64,000 nucleotides of DNA from Eledone cirrhosa (lineage: Eukaryota). The position numbers and the translations under genes were made by a program. Shown piece by piece: positions 24,001 to 38,801 of this stretch; within the stretch, counting starts at the first letter, position 1, and every line of letters starts with the position of its first letter. The stretch covers positions 24,428,001 through 24,492,000 of the forward strand of contig OZ024764.1 in the NCBI GenBank assembly GCA_964016885.1. The letters run 5' to 3'. The notes under the pieces were generated by a model that had not been told where the DNA came from, did not search any database, and worked only from the letters and a program-made list of their open reading frames with translations.

Positions 24001-24360
24001 AAACCTATCCTTAAGTTCGTCTGGCAGCCCCGATTGGGGTGCGTAAGCTGATATTATTGTGGTAATTGTCTTATTCAGGACTAGTCTGAGTTTAATGATT
24101 CTTGCATTTACCCTGTACACTGAGATTACTTTATCTACCCACTTGTCAGCTAATAGTATACCTACACCACCCATCCCATCGTCATTTCCCACCCAGAAAA
24201 ATTTGTAGCACTGGCTTTTTCCTACAAGGACTCTAGCAGACCCTCCTCTCCATCTAGTCTCTTGCACACAGCATACATCAACTTCCTTTCGCTCTAGCAT
24301 TTCTACGATTTCTCCTGCTCTTCCTTTCATTGAGCCTACATTGATGGTACCAACTCGGAG
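21028..24360 (-). mobile_element. Near full-length RTE LINE (APE + RT + PHD-like insert), one premature stop and one frameshift
   Basis: ORFs 22789-24330, 22006-22737 and 21326-21775; VQETRW, GDFNGH, FVDLEKAFD, QGSVLSP, LYADD; TGA at 22789; frameshift near 22000. Confidence 0.95.
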
Positions 24361-24705
<345 letters not shown>

Positions 24706-24877
24706 TTTGGGGGTCACTGATCTGTCCAGATCATTTGTCTACCAGCATATCATGAAAAAATATATATCTATAGCATCAATTGTTTTGCTATTTTTAGAAA
24801 TGATGAAAATACCATTTTATAGGGTTTTTATAAAAAATCTTCAGTAATCATCATCATCAACATCACTTTTATTATTA

Positions 24878-25075
24878 TGGTGGATTGGCAGTATCGGTAG
24901 AGGGTCGGACGCCATGCTTTCCAGCTTAGTTACGTCCCTTTACGGTCTGAGTTCAAATCCCGCCGAGGTTAACTTTGCCTTTCATCCTTACGGGGTCGAT
25001 AAAATAAAGTACCAGTAATGCACTGGATAATTGCTGGCCTTGTGCCTAAAGAAGAAACAATTATTATTATTATTG
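24878..25075 (+). mobile_element. Meta-like tRNA SINE, full length, (ATT)n tail
   Basis: tggcagtatcggtagag A-box, gagttcaaatcc B-box, gaggttaactttgcctttcatccttacggggtcgataaaataaagtacc. Confidence 0.85.
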
Positions 25076-25151
25076 TTGTTGTTGTTGTTAGTGGTGGTAG
25101 TCGACATGGTCGTAGGCTTAGGCATAGTAGGAGTAAAACCCCTAAGTATTA

Positions 25152-25475
25152 TTATTGTTCATTTAGCTTGGGTTGGAATTTATCAATAAAATTCTTTTCT
25201 TTAACTTTTCTCTTGATTTCACTTGGTAGAATGTAGAATGGAAATATTATAAATATTCCCTGACCACATGTGGCTAGATGGTTACTTAGGGGTATCTGAC
25301 AGACATTTGGGTCTCTGATTTGCTGTCGGTGCACCCGTGCATGTTCCGATAGTGCATTTCCAGTTTGACCGACATATAGTTCTTCACAATTCCGGTATTT
25401 AATGCAGTAAATTAGATTTCTGCTTTTGCAGTTCATATTTGCATTTGGGAATATTTTTCCAGTTTTTGTGTTCAT
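25152..25475 (-). pseudogene. Penelope GIY-YIG endonuclease C-terminal fragment
   Basis: CKSRNLIYCIKY..CEELYVGQTG..L..H..H..KEKNFIDKFQPKLN. Confidence 0.85.
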
Positions 25476-25908
25476 ATATTTTTTATAAAACCCCTAGAAA
25501 ATGCTATTTTCATAATTTCTAAAAATAGCAAAACAATTGATGCTTTGGATAGGGTCAAATAGAAGTCGTTAGACATGCTCAATCAACCGTGATGCCTAAA
25601 CCAATCAGCTTTAGTAATCTAGTGAAACTACACACCAATTGGTCGAAATACAGTTTGCAAAACTTAGCATTCTGTAGCCCCTTTTTACTGTATATAAGGC
25701 AGTTTTTAGCCATCTCATTACAGTTGAAAATTGCAAATTTGACTGTCACCACACAATATGAACCTGAAGATTGCGAAAGCATGAAAGTACTTGTTCAATT
25801 AACACTTAACATTTAATATTCTACCATACTATTTCATTATAATATCATTATAATTTTAAAGGATTGTAAATAAAATGAGTAAATCAGACAAAGTTGGAAT
25901 TCCTTTTA

Positions 25909-25953
<45 letters not shown>

Positions 25954-26130
25954 AGTATAGGTTGGTTGTTTACCGACACCTCAGTATGCAGATTGGAGCA
26001 CTCGACGAAGTACGCAGGTTGGTTTGTCACCACCAATAATGGCTGTCACCGAAATATATATAGCAGTACATAAACGAAGCCAAATTTTTAATATTTGACT
26101 TAATTACTTTATTAATATATATATATATAT

Positions 26131-26508
26131 ACGATATATTAACAAATGGAAACTATATTTATAAAACCATATTTATTTCATTATACATATTTCAAGGACA
26201 CCAAGTTAAATTATGGTGTGCTTTCATCAGATAAAATATAATATAGAGCAGTTTTATAAATAAATATTGACATACCCTTAAATTTATTTATTTATAAAAC
26301 TGCACTATATTATATTTTATCTGATGAAAGCACACCATAATTTAACTTGGTGTCCTTGAAATATGTATAATGAAATAAATATTGTTTTATAAATATAGTT
26401 TCCATTTGTTAATATATCGTATTTTTACTCCAATAATTTGTTGAGTGCTTTATATCAGTTATAAAAATATTTGCTTGTTGTATCCCAACAATTTAAATAG
26501 AACTTCTA
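26131..26508. mobile_element. Penelope-type inverted repeat (26131-26420) with opposed hammerheads at 26174-26238 (-) and 26313-26377 (+)
   Basis: tattttat CTGATGA aagcacacca..tggtgtcctt GAAAT atgt ATA atgaaata on both strands. Confidence 0.82.
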
Positions 26509-26513
26509 CACAC

Positions 26514-26588
<75 letters not shown>

Positions 26589-26709
26589 TTAACATAATTC
26601 TTCATTATTTTCCACACTTTTTAGGGCTTCCAGACACCAATTCCTATCTCAGTCATTAGGGAATGTATCCTTTAACAAACTGCCCAGAACTCTTTCATAT
26701 AAAACTGAA

Positions 26710-27118
26710 GAGGGTTAAAATGTTTATATTTATCTAAAAACCTTCCATCATAATTTTATGTCAGAACCTTTGTTAAGTTATGTTCCAAAACCAGCTTAAT
26801 AACGAGAAAGTTATGTTAAAGTGTTAATATTTATCAAAACACCCTTCCATTATAATTTTATGTAATAACCTTTGTTAAGTTATGTTCCAAAAACCAGCTA
26901 AACAATGAGAAAGTTATACTACAAACAATTAAAGTGTTTATATTTATCTAAAAACCTTCCATCATAATTTTATGTAAGAACCTTTGTTAAGTTATGTTCC
27001 AAACACCATTAGAAATTAGAAATATGTTAATGAAAGGGTTAAAGTGTTTATATTTATCAAAAAACCTTCCATCATAATATTATGTAAGAACCTTTGTTAA
27101 GTTATGTTCCAAACACCA
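26710..27118 (+). repeat. ~105-112-bp tandem repeat x4 with AAGGGTTAA (MITE-end-like) motifs
   Basis: ccttccat.ataattttatgt..aacctttgttaagttatgttccaaa near 26741, 26843, 26955 and 27065. Confidence 0.8.
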
Positions 27119-27145
27119 ACAGTGTCATTCCTTATAAATATGGTA

Positions 27146-28536
27146 ATGAAAGGGCTGACCCTTACAGTAAAGCTGCTACTGATTAGTATCATGTGTCACA
27201 TGACCAATGGACTCCAAGTGAACTGGACAGCTAACCCGACTGGACGTCACTTTAATGGCACTGTAGCAGATAACGTAGCACAAACTCTTCCTATCCCTGG
27301 GACATTGGTCTCCGCTTCACATAGTGTTCTGCATAGATTTCCTTCACCACCACCACCACCACCACCACCATCACTAACATCACCACCACCACCACCACCA
27401 CCACCACCACCACCATCACCATCACCACCACTAACATCACCACCACCACCACCACCATCACCAACACCACCACCACCACCACACACTCCCCCCTCACAAT
27501 TGGTTGTCCTATTGTCCCCATTGTCCACCCCCCCTGCCGCCAAACACCACATTCTTCTTGTCAGCCCCAGAAACAACAACAATAACACCAACACCACCTC
27601 TACTACCATCCCCACCACCACCAACACCACCACTACCACCACCACCACCACCACCACCACCCCCACCACTGCCACCACCACCAACACCACCTCTACTACC
27701 ATCCCCACCACCACCACCACCACCACCACCAACACCACCTCTACTACCATCCCCACCGCCACCACCACCACCACCACCACCACCACTACCATCCCCACCA
27801 CCACCAACACCACCACCACTACCACCACCACCACCACCACCACCACCACCTCTACTACCATCCCCACCACCACCAACACCACCACCACTACCACCACCAC
27901 CACCACCACCACCACCACCACCACCACCGACACCACCTCTACTACCATCCCCACCACCACCAACACCACCACCACTACCACCACCACCACCACCACCACC
28001 ACCACCACCACTACCATCCCCACCACCACCAACACCACCACCACTACCACCACCACCACCACCACCGACACCACCTCTACTACCATCCCCACCACCACCA
28101 ACACCACCTCTACTACCACCACCACCACCACCAACACCACCACCAACACCACCACCACTACCACCACCACCACCACTACCACCAACACCACCACTACTAC
28201 CATCCCCACCACCACCATCCCCACCGCCACCATCCCCACCACCACCACCACCACCACTACTACCACCCCCACCTCTACCAGCACCACCACCACCCAGCAT
28301 CATAAAGCAGCGAGGTTAGATGGTGGCACCACACCAGCGCCACCTGGTGGTACAACTGCCAAAGATCCGTGGAATGCTCGCGCCATTATAGGCACTGGTC
28401 TCTTTATTATCTCCCTTTGTTTGCTGGCTTATCTGATTCGTCTTCTGAGACCTAGCTGTCGCCATAGAGACCAGCGTACCATCAGTCGGTCCCACAGACA
28501 ACCCAACCGTGACCCCTGCATTGAATGGCAGTGGAA
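27146..28536 (+). CDS. Type I membrane mucin-like protein, coding exon 1 (signal peptide, Pro and Thr tracts, TM helix)
   Basis: MKGLTLTVKLLLISIMCHMTNG; poly-Pro; ~240-aa Thr-rich tract with NTT sequons; TM AIIGTGLFIISLCLLAYLI; basic tail; donor AA|GTAAGT at 28537. Confidence 0.8.
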
Positions 28537-28557
28537 GTAAGTTGTTTATATACTTAT

Positions 28558-28757
28558 TTCTCTCTCCATATCTCTCTCTCTCTCTGTCTCTCTCTCTGAT
28601 TCTCTCTCTCTCTCTGTGTCTCTTACTTTCACTCGCTTTCTCTCTCTCTCTCTCTCCTTGTCTCTCTCACTCCCTCCCTGTCTGTCTGTCTCTCTCTCTC
28701 TCTCTGTCTCTCTCTCTCTCCCTGTCTCTCTCTTACTCATTCTCCCTGTCTCTCACT

Positions 28758-28793
<36 letters not shown>

Positions 28794-28910
28794 GTCTGTC
28801 TCTCTCTTTCTCTCTCTCTCTGTCTATCTCTCTCTCTGTGTCTCTCCCTGTATCTCTCTCTCTCTGTCTGCCTGTCTCTCTTTCTCTCCCTGTCCCCCTC
28901 TCTCTCTCTC
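28558..28910. repeat. (CT)n-rich microsatellite
   Basis: Direct reading. Confidence 0.9.
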
Positions 28911-28944
28911 TAACACAGAGAGACAAATAGAGAGACAGAGGGAC

Positions 28945-29102
28945 AACGTTTGTGACATAGAGCTATGGCCCTTTACATGCTCAGTTCAAATCACACCGAT
29001 GTTAACTTTGCTTTTCATCCTTACGGGGATCGAGAAAATAAAGTACCAGTAATACACTGGTGTCGATTGCTGGCCTTGTGCCTAAAGTAGAAACAATTAT
29101 TA
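28945..29102 (+). mobile_element. Meta-like SINE, 5'-degenerate
   Basis: Matches 24930-25070. Confidence 0.75.
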
Positions 29103-29129
29103 CTAGCAGTGGTTTTCTGCTGTCAGGTG

Positions 29130-29975
29130 TCGTGTGTATATTGACATTATACACAGGTATATATACATGTGTAGTGTGTATATTGATATTATACACAGGT
29201 ATATATACATATCTAGTGTGTATATTGATATTATACACAGGTTATTATACATGTGTAGTGTGTATATTGATATTATACATAGGTATATATACATGTGTAG
29301 TGTGTATATTGATATTATACACAGGTTATTATACATGTGTAGTGTGTATATTGATATTATACACAGGTATATATACATGTGTAGTGTGTATATTGATATT
29401 ATACCAGGTTATTATACATGTGTAGTGTGTATATTGATATTATACACAGGTATATATACATGTAGATATGTTACATGTGTAGTGTGTATATTGATATTAT
29501 ACATAGGTATATATACATGTGTAGTGTGTATATTGATATTATACACAGGTTATTATACATGTGTAGTGTGTATATTGATATTATACATAGGTATATATAC
29601 ATGTGTAGTGTGTATATTGATATTATACACAGGTTATTATACATGTGTAGTGTGTATATTGATATTATACACAGGTATATATACATGTGTAGTGTGTATA
29701 TTGATATTATACCAGGTTATTATACATGTGTAGTGTGTATATTGATATTATACACAGGTATATATACATGTAGATATGTTACATGTGTAGTGTGTATATT
29801 GATATTATACACAAGTATATATAGATGTGTAGTGTGTATATTGATATTATACACAAGTATATATAGATGTGTAGTGTGTATATTGATATTATACACAGGT
29901 ATATATACATGTAGATGTGATACATGTGTAGTGTGTATATTGATATTATACACAAGTATATATACATGTAGATAT
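29130..29975. repeat. 41/42-bp minisatellite with internal hairpin and ~308-bp higher-order duplication
   Basis: Unit acatgtgtagtgtgtatattgatattatacacaggtatatat; variant ataccagg at 29401 and 29709. Confidence 0.9.
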
Positions 29976-30415
29976 AATACATCAAATAACATCGTAATTG
30001 ACAATATACACAGAAATTGAACGAAGACTGTGTTACACTGTCTTATGTAATCAGTAACGTAATCCATGATACATTAAATAAGACGATGTTATATATATGA
30101 ATGTTTATATAAGTGATATGATATAGTGTACGTTATAGTGTACGTTATATAACTGGAAGTATTGACATTTGAAAATTTTAAAAGAAGTGAATCTTAAAAT
30201 AAACAATCCTTATATATAAGAATATTTATGTTTAATCAACAGCCACGAAATTTAGTAGATAAATTATGTAATATTCATTCATTATTTATTCAAAGTAATC
30301 CAACTTATTTTACAAACGGGATAACAAATGATAAAACGGTCCCAGTCCCGCACTCCTTACTTTATTGTAGTATGACTTACATGATTTATTGTTGTTGTTT
30401 TTGTTTTTTATTCAG

Positions 30416-30586
30416 TCTTCAGTACCCGAAAGTTTCTCATTTGGTTCAGAAAAGGGAGACAACTGCTGGCCAGACAATACCTACAGCACCACCTATGTCT
30501 TTAGCGCCACCTATGTCTATTAATGAAGGGGACGATCCTTCAGTGCTACCTGGGACAGCAATCAAAAACTTCAGTGGCCTTTACTT
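30416..30586 (+). CDS. Mucin-like gene exon 2 (cytoplasmic tail)
   Basis: tttttattcAG acceptor, GTATGT donor, phase 2-2, open: (N)LQYPKVSHLVQKRETTAGQTIPTAPPMSLAPPM...GLY. Confidence 0.72.
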
Positions 30587-30774
30587 GTATGTGAACTACT
30601 AAACACTTTACTAGATTTGGGGGAAATTTCACCATCATCATCATCAACATTTCTTCCACTCTAGCATGGGTTAGACGGGTTGTCCTGTTGTGGGTAATGC
30701 CAGGTCAGAGGACCATGTCTTGCTCATATAGAACTGAGTTTGGCTTGGTTTTTACAGCTGGATGCTCTTCCTAA

Positions 30775-33700
30775 CATCTACACTACCACTTTACAGTGTG
30801 TGATGGGTGCTTTTTGTTGTGACACCTACATGACCACTTTACAGTGTGTGATGGGTGCTTTTTGTTGTGACACCTACATGACCACTTTACAGTGTGGACT
30901 GGGTACTTTTTGTTGTGACACCTACATGACCACTTTACAGTGTGGACTGGGTACTTTTTGTTGTGACACCTACATGACCACTTTACAGTGTGGACTGGAT
31001 ACTTTTTGTTGTGACACCTACATGACCACTTTACAGTGTGGACTGGGTACTTTTTGTTGTGACACCTACATGACCACTTTACAGTGTGGACTGGGTACTT
31101 TTTGTTGTGACACCTACAGGACCACTTTACAGTGTGGACTGGGTACTTTTTGTTGTGACACCTACATGACCACTTTACAGTGTGGACTGGATACTTTTTG
31201 TTGTGACACCTACATGACCACTTTACAGTGTGGACTGGGTACTTTTTGTTGTGACACCTACAGGACCACTTTACAGTGTGGACTGGGTACTTTTTGTTGT
31301 GACACCTACATGACCACTTTACAGTGTGGACTGGATACTTTTTGTTGTGACACCTACATGACGACTTTACAGTGTGGACTGGGTACTTTTTGTTGTGACA
31401 CCTACATGACCACTTTACAGTGTGGACTGGGTACTTTATGTTGTGACACCTACATGACCACTTTACAGTGTGGACTGGGTACTTTATGTTGTGACACCTA
31501 CAGGACCACTTTACAGTGTGGACTGGGTACTTTTTGTTGTGACACCTACATGACCACTTTACAGTGTGGACTGGGTACTTTATGTTGTGACACCTACATG
31601 ACCACTTTACAGTGTGGACTGGATACTTTTTGTTGTGACACCTACATGACCACTTTACAGTGTGGACTGGGTACTTTTTGTTGTGACACCTACATGACCA
31701 CTTTACAGTGTGGACTGGGTACTTTTTGTTGTGACACCTACAGGACCACTTTACAGTGTGGACTGGGTACTTTTTGTTGTGACACCTACATGACCACTTT
31801 ACAGTGTGGACTGGATACTTTTTGTTGTGACACCTACATGACCACTTTACAGTGTGGACTGGGTACTTTTTGTTGTGACACCTACAGGACCACTTTACAG
31901 TGTGGACTGGGTACTTTTTGTTGTGACACCTACATGACCACTTTACAGTGTGGACTGGATACTTTTTGTTGTGACACCTACATGACGACTTTACAGTGTG
32001 GACTGGGTACTTTTTGTTGTGACACCTACATGACCACTTTACAGTGTGGACTGGGTACTTTATGTTGTGACACCTACATGACCACTTTATAGTGTGGACT
32101 GGGTACTTTTTGTTGTGACACCTACATGACCACTTTACAGTGTGGACTGGGTGCTATTTGTTGTGACACCTACATGACCACTTTACAGTGTGGACTGGGT
32201 ACTTTTTGTTGTGACACCTACATGACCACTTTACAGTGTGGACTGGGTACTTTTTGTTGTGACACCTACATGACCACTTTATAGTGTGGACTGGGTACTT
32301 TTTGTTGTGACACCTACATGACCACTTTACAGTGTGGACTGGGTGCTATTTGTTGTGACACCTACATGACCACTTTACAGTGTGGACTGGGTACTTTTTG
32401 TTGTGACACCTACATGACCACTTTACAGTGTGGACTGGGTACTTTTTGTTGTGACACCTACATGACCACTTTACAGTGTGTGATGGGTGCTTTTTGTTGT
32501 GACACCTACATGACCACTTTACAGTGTGGACTGGGTACTTTTTGTAGTGACACCTACAGGACCACTTTACACTGTGGACTGGGTGTGTTTTGTTGTGACA
32601 CCTACATGACCACTTTACAGTGTGGACTGGGTACTTTTTGTTGTGACACCTAGGGGACCACTTTACAGTGTGGACTGCGTACTTTTTGTTGTGACACCTA
32701 CATGACCACTTTACAGTGTGGACTGGGTACTTTTTGTTGTGACACCTACATGACCACTTTACAGTGTAGACTGGTACTTTTTGTTGTGACACCTACATGA
32801 CCACTTTACAGTGTGGACTGGGTACTTTTTGTTGTGACACCTACATGACCACTTTACAGTGTGTGATGGGTGCTTTTTGTTGTGACACCTACATGACCAC
32901 TTTACAGTGTGGACTGGGTACTTTTTGTTGTGACACCTACATGACCACTTTACAGTGTGGACTGGGTGCTTTTTGTTGTGACACCTACATGACCACTTTA
33001 TAGTGTGGACTGGGTACTTTTTGTTGTGTCACCTACATGACCACTTTACAGTGTGGACTGGGTACTTTTTGTTGTGACACTTACATGACCACTTTACAGT
33101 GTGGACTGGGTACTTTTTGTTGTGACACCTACATGACCACTTTACAGTGTGTGATGGGTGCTTTTTGTTGTGACACCTACATGACCACTTTACAGTGTGG
33201 ACTGGGTACTTTTTGTAGTGACACCTACAGGACCACTTTACACTGTGGACTGGGTGTGTTTTGTTGTGACACCTACATGACCACTTTACAGTGTGGACTG
33301 GGTACTTTTTGTTGTGACACCTAGGGGACCACTTTACAGTGTGGACTGCATACTTTTTGTTGTGACACCTACATGACCACTTTACAGTGTGGACTGGGTA
33401 CTTTTTGTTGTGACACCTACATGACCACTTTACAGTGTGGACTGGGTGCTTTTTGTTGTGACACCTACATGACCACTTTATAGTGTGGACTGGGTACTTT
33501 TTGTTGTGTCACCTACATGACCACTTTACAGTGTGGACTGGGTACTTTTTGTTGTGACACCTACATGACCACTTTACAGTGTGGACTGGGTACTTTTTGT
33601 TGTGACACCTACATGACCACTTTACAGTGTGGACTGGATACTTTTTGTTGTGACACCTACAGGACCACTTTACAGTGTGGACTGGGTACTTTTTGTTGTG

Positions 33701-36700
33701 ACACCTACATGACCACTTTACAGTGTGGACTGGATACTTTTTGTTGTGACACCTACATGACGACTTTACAGTGTGGACTGGGTACTTTTTGTTGTGACAC
33801 CTACATGACCACTTTACAGTGTGGACTGGGTACTTTATGTTGTGACACCTACATGACCACTTTATAGTGTGGACTGGGTACTTTTTGTTGTGACACCTAC
33901 ATGACCACTTTACAGTGTGGACTGGGTGCTATTTGTTGTGACACCTACATGACCACTTTACAGTGTGGACTGGGTACTTTTTGTTGTGACACCTACATGA
34001 CCACTTTACAGTGTGGACTGGGTACTTTTTGTTGTGACACCTACATGACCACTTTACAGTGTGGACTGGGTGCTATTTGTTGTGACACCTACATGACCAC
34101 TTTACAGTGTGGACTGGGTACTTTTTGTTGTGACACCTACATGACCACTTTACAGTGTGGACTGGGTACTTTTTGTTGTGACACCTACATGACCACTTTA
34201 CAGTGTGTGATGGGTGCTTTTTGTTGTGACACCTACATGACCACTTTACAGTGTGGACTGGGTACTTTTTGTAGTGACACCTACAGGACCACTTTACACT
34301 GTGGACTGGGTGTGTTTTGTTGTGACACCTACATGACCACTTTACAGTGTGGACTGGGTACTTTTTGTTGTGACACCTAGGGGACCACTTTACAGTGTGG
34401 ACTGCGTACTTTTTGTTGTGACACCTACATGACCACTTTACAGTGTGGACTGGGTACTTTTTGTTGTGACACCTACATGACCACTTTACAGTGTAGACTG
34501 GTACTTTTTGTTGTGACACCTACATGACCACTTTACAGTGTGGACTGGGTACTTTTTGTTGTGACACCTACATGACCACTTTACAGTGTGTGATGGGTGC
34601 TTTTTGTTGTGACACCTACATGACCACTTTACAGTGTGGACTGGGTACTTTTTGTTGTGACACCTACATGACCACTTTACAGTGTGGACTGGGTGCTTTT
34701 TGTTGTGACACCTACATGACCACTTTATAGTGTGGACTGGGTACTTTTTGTTGTGTCACCTACATGACCACTTTACAGTGTGGACTGGGTACTTTTTGTT
34801 GTGACACTTACATGACCACTTTACAGTGTGGACTGGGTACTTTTTGTTGTGACACCTACATGACCACTTTACAGTGTGTGATGGGTGCTTTTTGTTGTGA
34901 CACCTACATGACCACTTTACAGTGTGGACTGGGTACTTTTTGTAGTGACACCTACAGGACCACTTTACACTGTGGACTGGGTGTGTTTTGTTGTGACACC
35001 TACATGACCACTTTACAGTGTGGACTGGGTACTTTTTGTTGTGACACCTAGGGGACCACTTTACAGTGTGGACTGCATACTTTTTGTTGTGACACCTACA
35101 TGACCACTTTACAGTGTGGACTGGGTACTTTTTGTTGTGACACCTACATGACCACTTTACAGTGTGGACTGGGTGCTTTTTGTTGTGACACCTACATGAC
35201 CACTTTATAGTGTGGACTGGGTACTTTTTGTTGTGTCACCTACATGACCACTTTACAGTGTGGACTGGGTACTTTTTGTTGTGACACCTACATGACCACT
35301 TTACAGTGTGGACTGGGTACTTTTTGTTGTGACACCTACATGACCACTTTACGGTGTAGACTGGTACTTTTTGTTGTGACACCTACATGACCACTTTACA
35401 GTGTGGACTGGGTACTTTTTGTTGTGACACCTACATGACCACTTTACAGTGTGTGATGGGTGCTTTTTGTTGTAACACCTACATGACCACTTTACAGTGT
35501 GGACTGGGTACTTTTTGTAGTGACACCTACAGGACCACTTTACACTGTGGACTGGGTACTTTTTGTTGTGACACCTACATGACCACTTTACAGTGTAGAC
35601 TGGTACTTTTTGTTGTGACACCTACATGACCACTTTACAGTGTGGACTGGGTACTTTTTGTTGTGACACCTACATGACCACTTTACAGTGTGTGATGGGT
35701 GCTTTTTGTTGTGACACCTACATGACCACTTTACAGTGTGGACTGGGTACTTTTTGTTGTGACACCTACATGACCACTTTACAGTGTGGACTGGGTGCTT
35801 TTTGTTGTGACACCTACATGACCACTTTATAGTGTGGACTGGGTACTTTTTGTTGTGTCACCTACATGACCACTTTACAGTGTGGACTGGGTACTTTTTG
35901 TTGTGACACCTACATGACCACTTTACAGTGTGGACTGGGTACTTTTTGTTGTGACACCTACATGACCACTTTACAGTGTGTGATGGGTGCTTTTTGTTGT
36001 GACACCTACATGACCACTTTACAGTGTGGACTGGGTACTTTTTGTAGTGACACCTACAGGACCACTTTACACTGTGGACTGGGTGTGTTTTGTTGTGACA
36101 CCTACATGACCACTTTACAGTGTGGACTGGGTACTTTTTGTTGTGACACCTAGGGGACCACTTTACAGTGTGGACTGCATACTTTTTGTTGTGACACCTA
36201 CATGACCACTTTACAGTGTGGACTGGGTACTTTTTGTTGTGACACCTACATGACCACTTTACAGTGTGGACTGGGTGCTTTTTGTTGTGACACCTACATG
36301 ACCACTTTATAGTGTGGACTGGGTACTTTTTGTTGTGTCACCTACATGACCACTTTACAGTGTGGACTGGGTACTTTTTGTTGTGACACCTACATAACCA
36401 CTTTACAGTGTGGACTGGGTACTTTTTGTTGTGACACCTACATGACCACTTTACGGTGTAGACTGGTACTTTTTGTTGTGACACCTACATGACCACTTTA
36501 CAGTGTGGACTGGGTACTTTTTGTTGTGACACCTACATGACCACTTTACAGTGTGTGATGGGTGCTTTTTGTTGTAACACCTACATGACCACTTTACAGT
36601 GTGGACTGGGTACTTTTTGTAGTGACACCTACAGGACCACTTTACACTGTGGACTGGGTGTGTTTTGTTGTGACACCTACATGACCACTTTACTGTGTGG

Positions 36701-38801
36701 ACTGGGTGCTTTTTGTTGTGACACCTACATGACCACTTTACAGTGTGTGATGGGTGCTTTTTGTTGTGACACCTACATGACCACTTTACAGTGTGGACTG
36801 GGTACTTTTTGTAGTGGCACCTACAGGACCACTTTACACTGTGGACTGGGTGTGTTTTGTTGTGACACCTACATGACCACTTTACAGTGTGGACTGGGTA
36901 CTTTTTGTTGTGACACCTAGGGGACCACTTTACAGTGTGGACTGCATACTTTTTGTTGTGACACCTACATGACCACTTTACAGTGTGGACTGGGTACTTT
37001 TTGTTGTGACACCTACATGACCACTTTACAGTGTGGACTGGGTGCTTTTTGTTGTGACACCTACATGACCACTTTATAGTGTGGACTGGGTACTTTTTGT
37101 TGTGTCACCTACATGACCACTTTACAGTGTGGACTGGGTACTTTTTGTTGTGACACCTACATGACCACTTTACTGTGTGGACTGGGTACTTTTTGTTGTG
37201 ACACCTACATGACCACTTTATAGTGTGGACTGGGTACTTTTTGTTGTGACACCTACATGACCACTTTATAGTGTGGACTGGGTGCTTTTTGTTGTGACAC
37301 CTACATGACCACTTTATAGTGTGGACTGGGTACTTTTTGTTGTGTCACCTACATGACCACTTTACAGTGTAGACTGGTACTTTTTGTTGTGACACCTACA
37401 TGACCACTTTACAGTGTAGACTGGTACTTTTTGTTGTGACACCTACATGACCACTTTACAGTGTGGACTGGGTACTTTTTGTTGTGACACCTACATGACC
37501 ACTTTACAGTGTGTACTGGGTACTGTTTGTTGTGACACCTACATGACCACTTTACAGTGTGGACTGGGTACTTTTTGTTGTGACACCTACATGACCACTT
37601 TACAGTGTGGACTGGGTACTTTTTGTTGTGACACCTACATGACCACTTTACTGTGTGGACTGGGTACTTTTTGTTGTGACACCTACATGACCACTTTATA
37701 GTGTGGACTGGGTACTTTTTGTTGTGACACCTACATGACCACTTTATAGTGTGGACTGGGTGCTTTTTGTTGTGACACCTACATGACCACTTTATAGTGT
37801 GGACTGGGTACTTTTTGTTGTGTCACCTACATGACCACTTTACAGTGTAGACTGGTACTTTTTGTTGTGACACCTACATGACCACTTTACAGTGTAGACT
37901 GGTACTTTTTGTTGTGACACCTACATGACCACTTTACAGTGTGGACTGGGTACTTTTTGTTGTGACACCTACATGACCACTTTACAGTGTGTACTGGGTA
38001 CTGTTTGTTGTGACACCTACATGACCACTTTACAGTGTGGACTGGGTACTTTTTGTTGTGACACCTACATGACCACTTTACAGTGTGGACTGGGTACTTT
38101 TTGTTGTGACACCTACATGACCACTTTACAGTGTGGACTGGGTACTTTTTGTTGTGACACCTATATGACCACTTTATAGTGTGGACTGGGTACTGTTTGT
38201 TGTGACACCTACATGACCACTTTACAGTGTGGACTGGGTACTTTTTGTTGTGACACCTACATAACCACTTTACAGTGTGTGATGGGTGCTTTTTGTTGTG
38301 ACACCTACACGACCAGTTTACAGTGTGGACTGGGTACTTTTTGTAGTGACACCTACAGGACCACTTTACACTGTGGACTGGGTGTGTTTTGTTGTGACAC
38401 CTAAATGACCACTTTACAGTGTGGACTGGGTACTTTTTGTTGTGACACCTACATAACCACTTTACAGTGTGGACTGGGTACTTTTTGTTGTGACACCTAC
38501 ATGACCACTTTACAGTGTGGACTGGGTGCTTTTTGTCATGAGACCTACATGACCACTTTACAGTGTGGACTGGGTACTTTTTGTTGTGACACCTACATGA
38601 CCACTTTACAGTGTGGACTGGGTGCTTTTTGTTGTGACACCTACATGACCACTTTACAGTGCGGACTGGTTACTTTTTGTTGTGACATCTAGATGACCAC
38701 TTTACAGTGTGGACTCAGTACTTTTTGTTGTGACACCTACATGACCACTTTACAGTGTGGACTGGGTACTTTTTGTTGTGACACCTACATGACCACTTTA
38801 C
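30775..38801. repeat. 48-bp satellite, ~167 units, SINE-derived, with higher-order repeats
   Basis: Unit gaccactttacagtgtggactgggtactttttgttgtgacacctacat; begins inside a minus-strand RTE-tailed SINE-like repeat at ~30632-30790. Confidence 0.97.

Noticed and set aside
27247-28319. Poly-Val, poly-Gly and poly-Pro alternative ORFs
   Set aside because: Shadow frames of the (ACC)n tract; only the Thr frame has a signal peptide, TM helix and splice donor.
30740-38692. Cys-rich repetitive ORFs (MTTLQCGLGTFCCDTY) and CRISPR-like periodicity
   Set aside because: 48-bp unit is a multiple of 3, derives from a SINE and has scattered stops and frameshifts; there are no unique spacers or cas genes.
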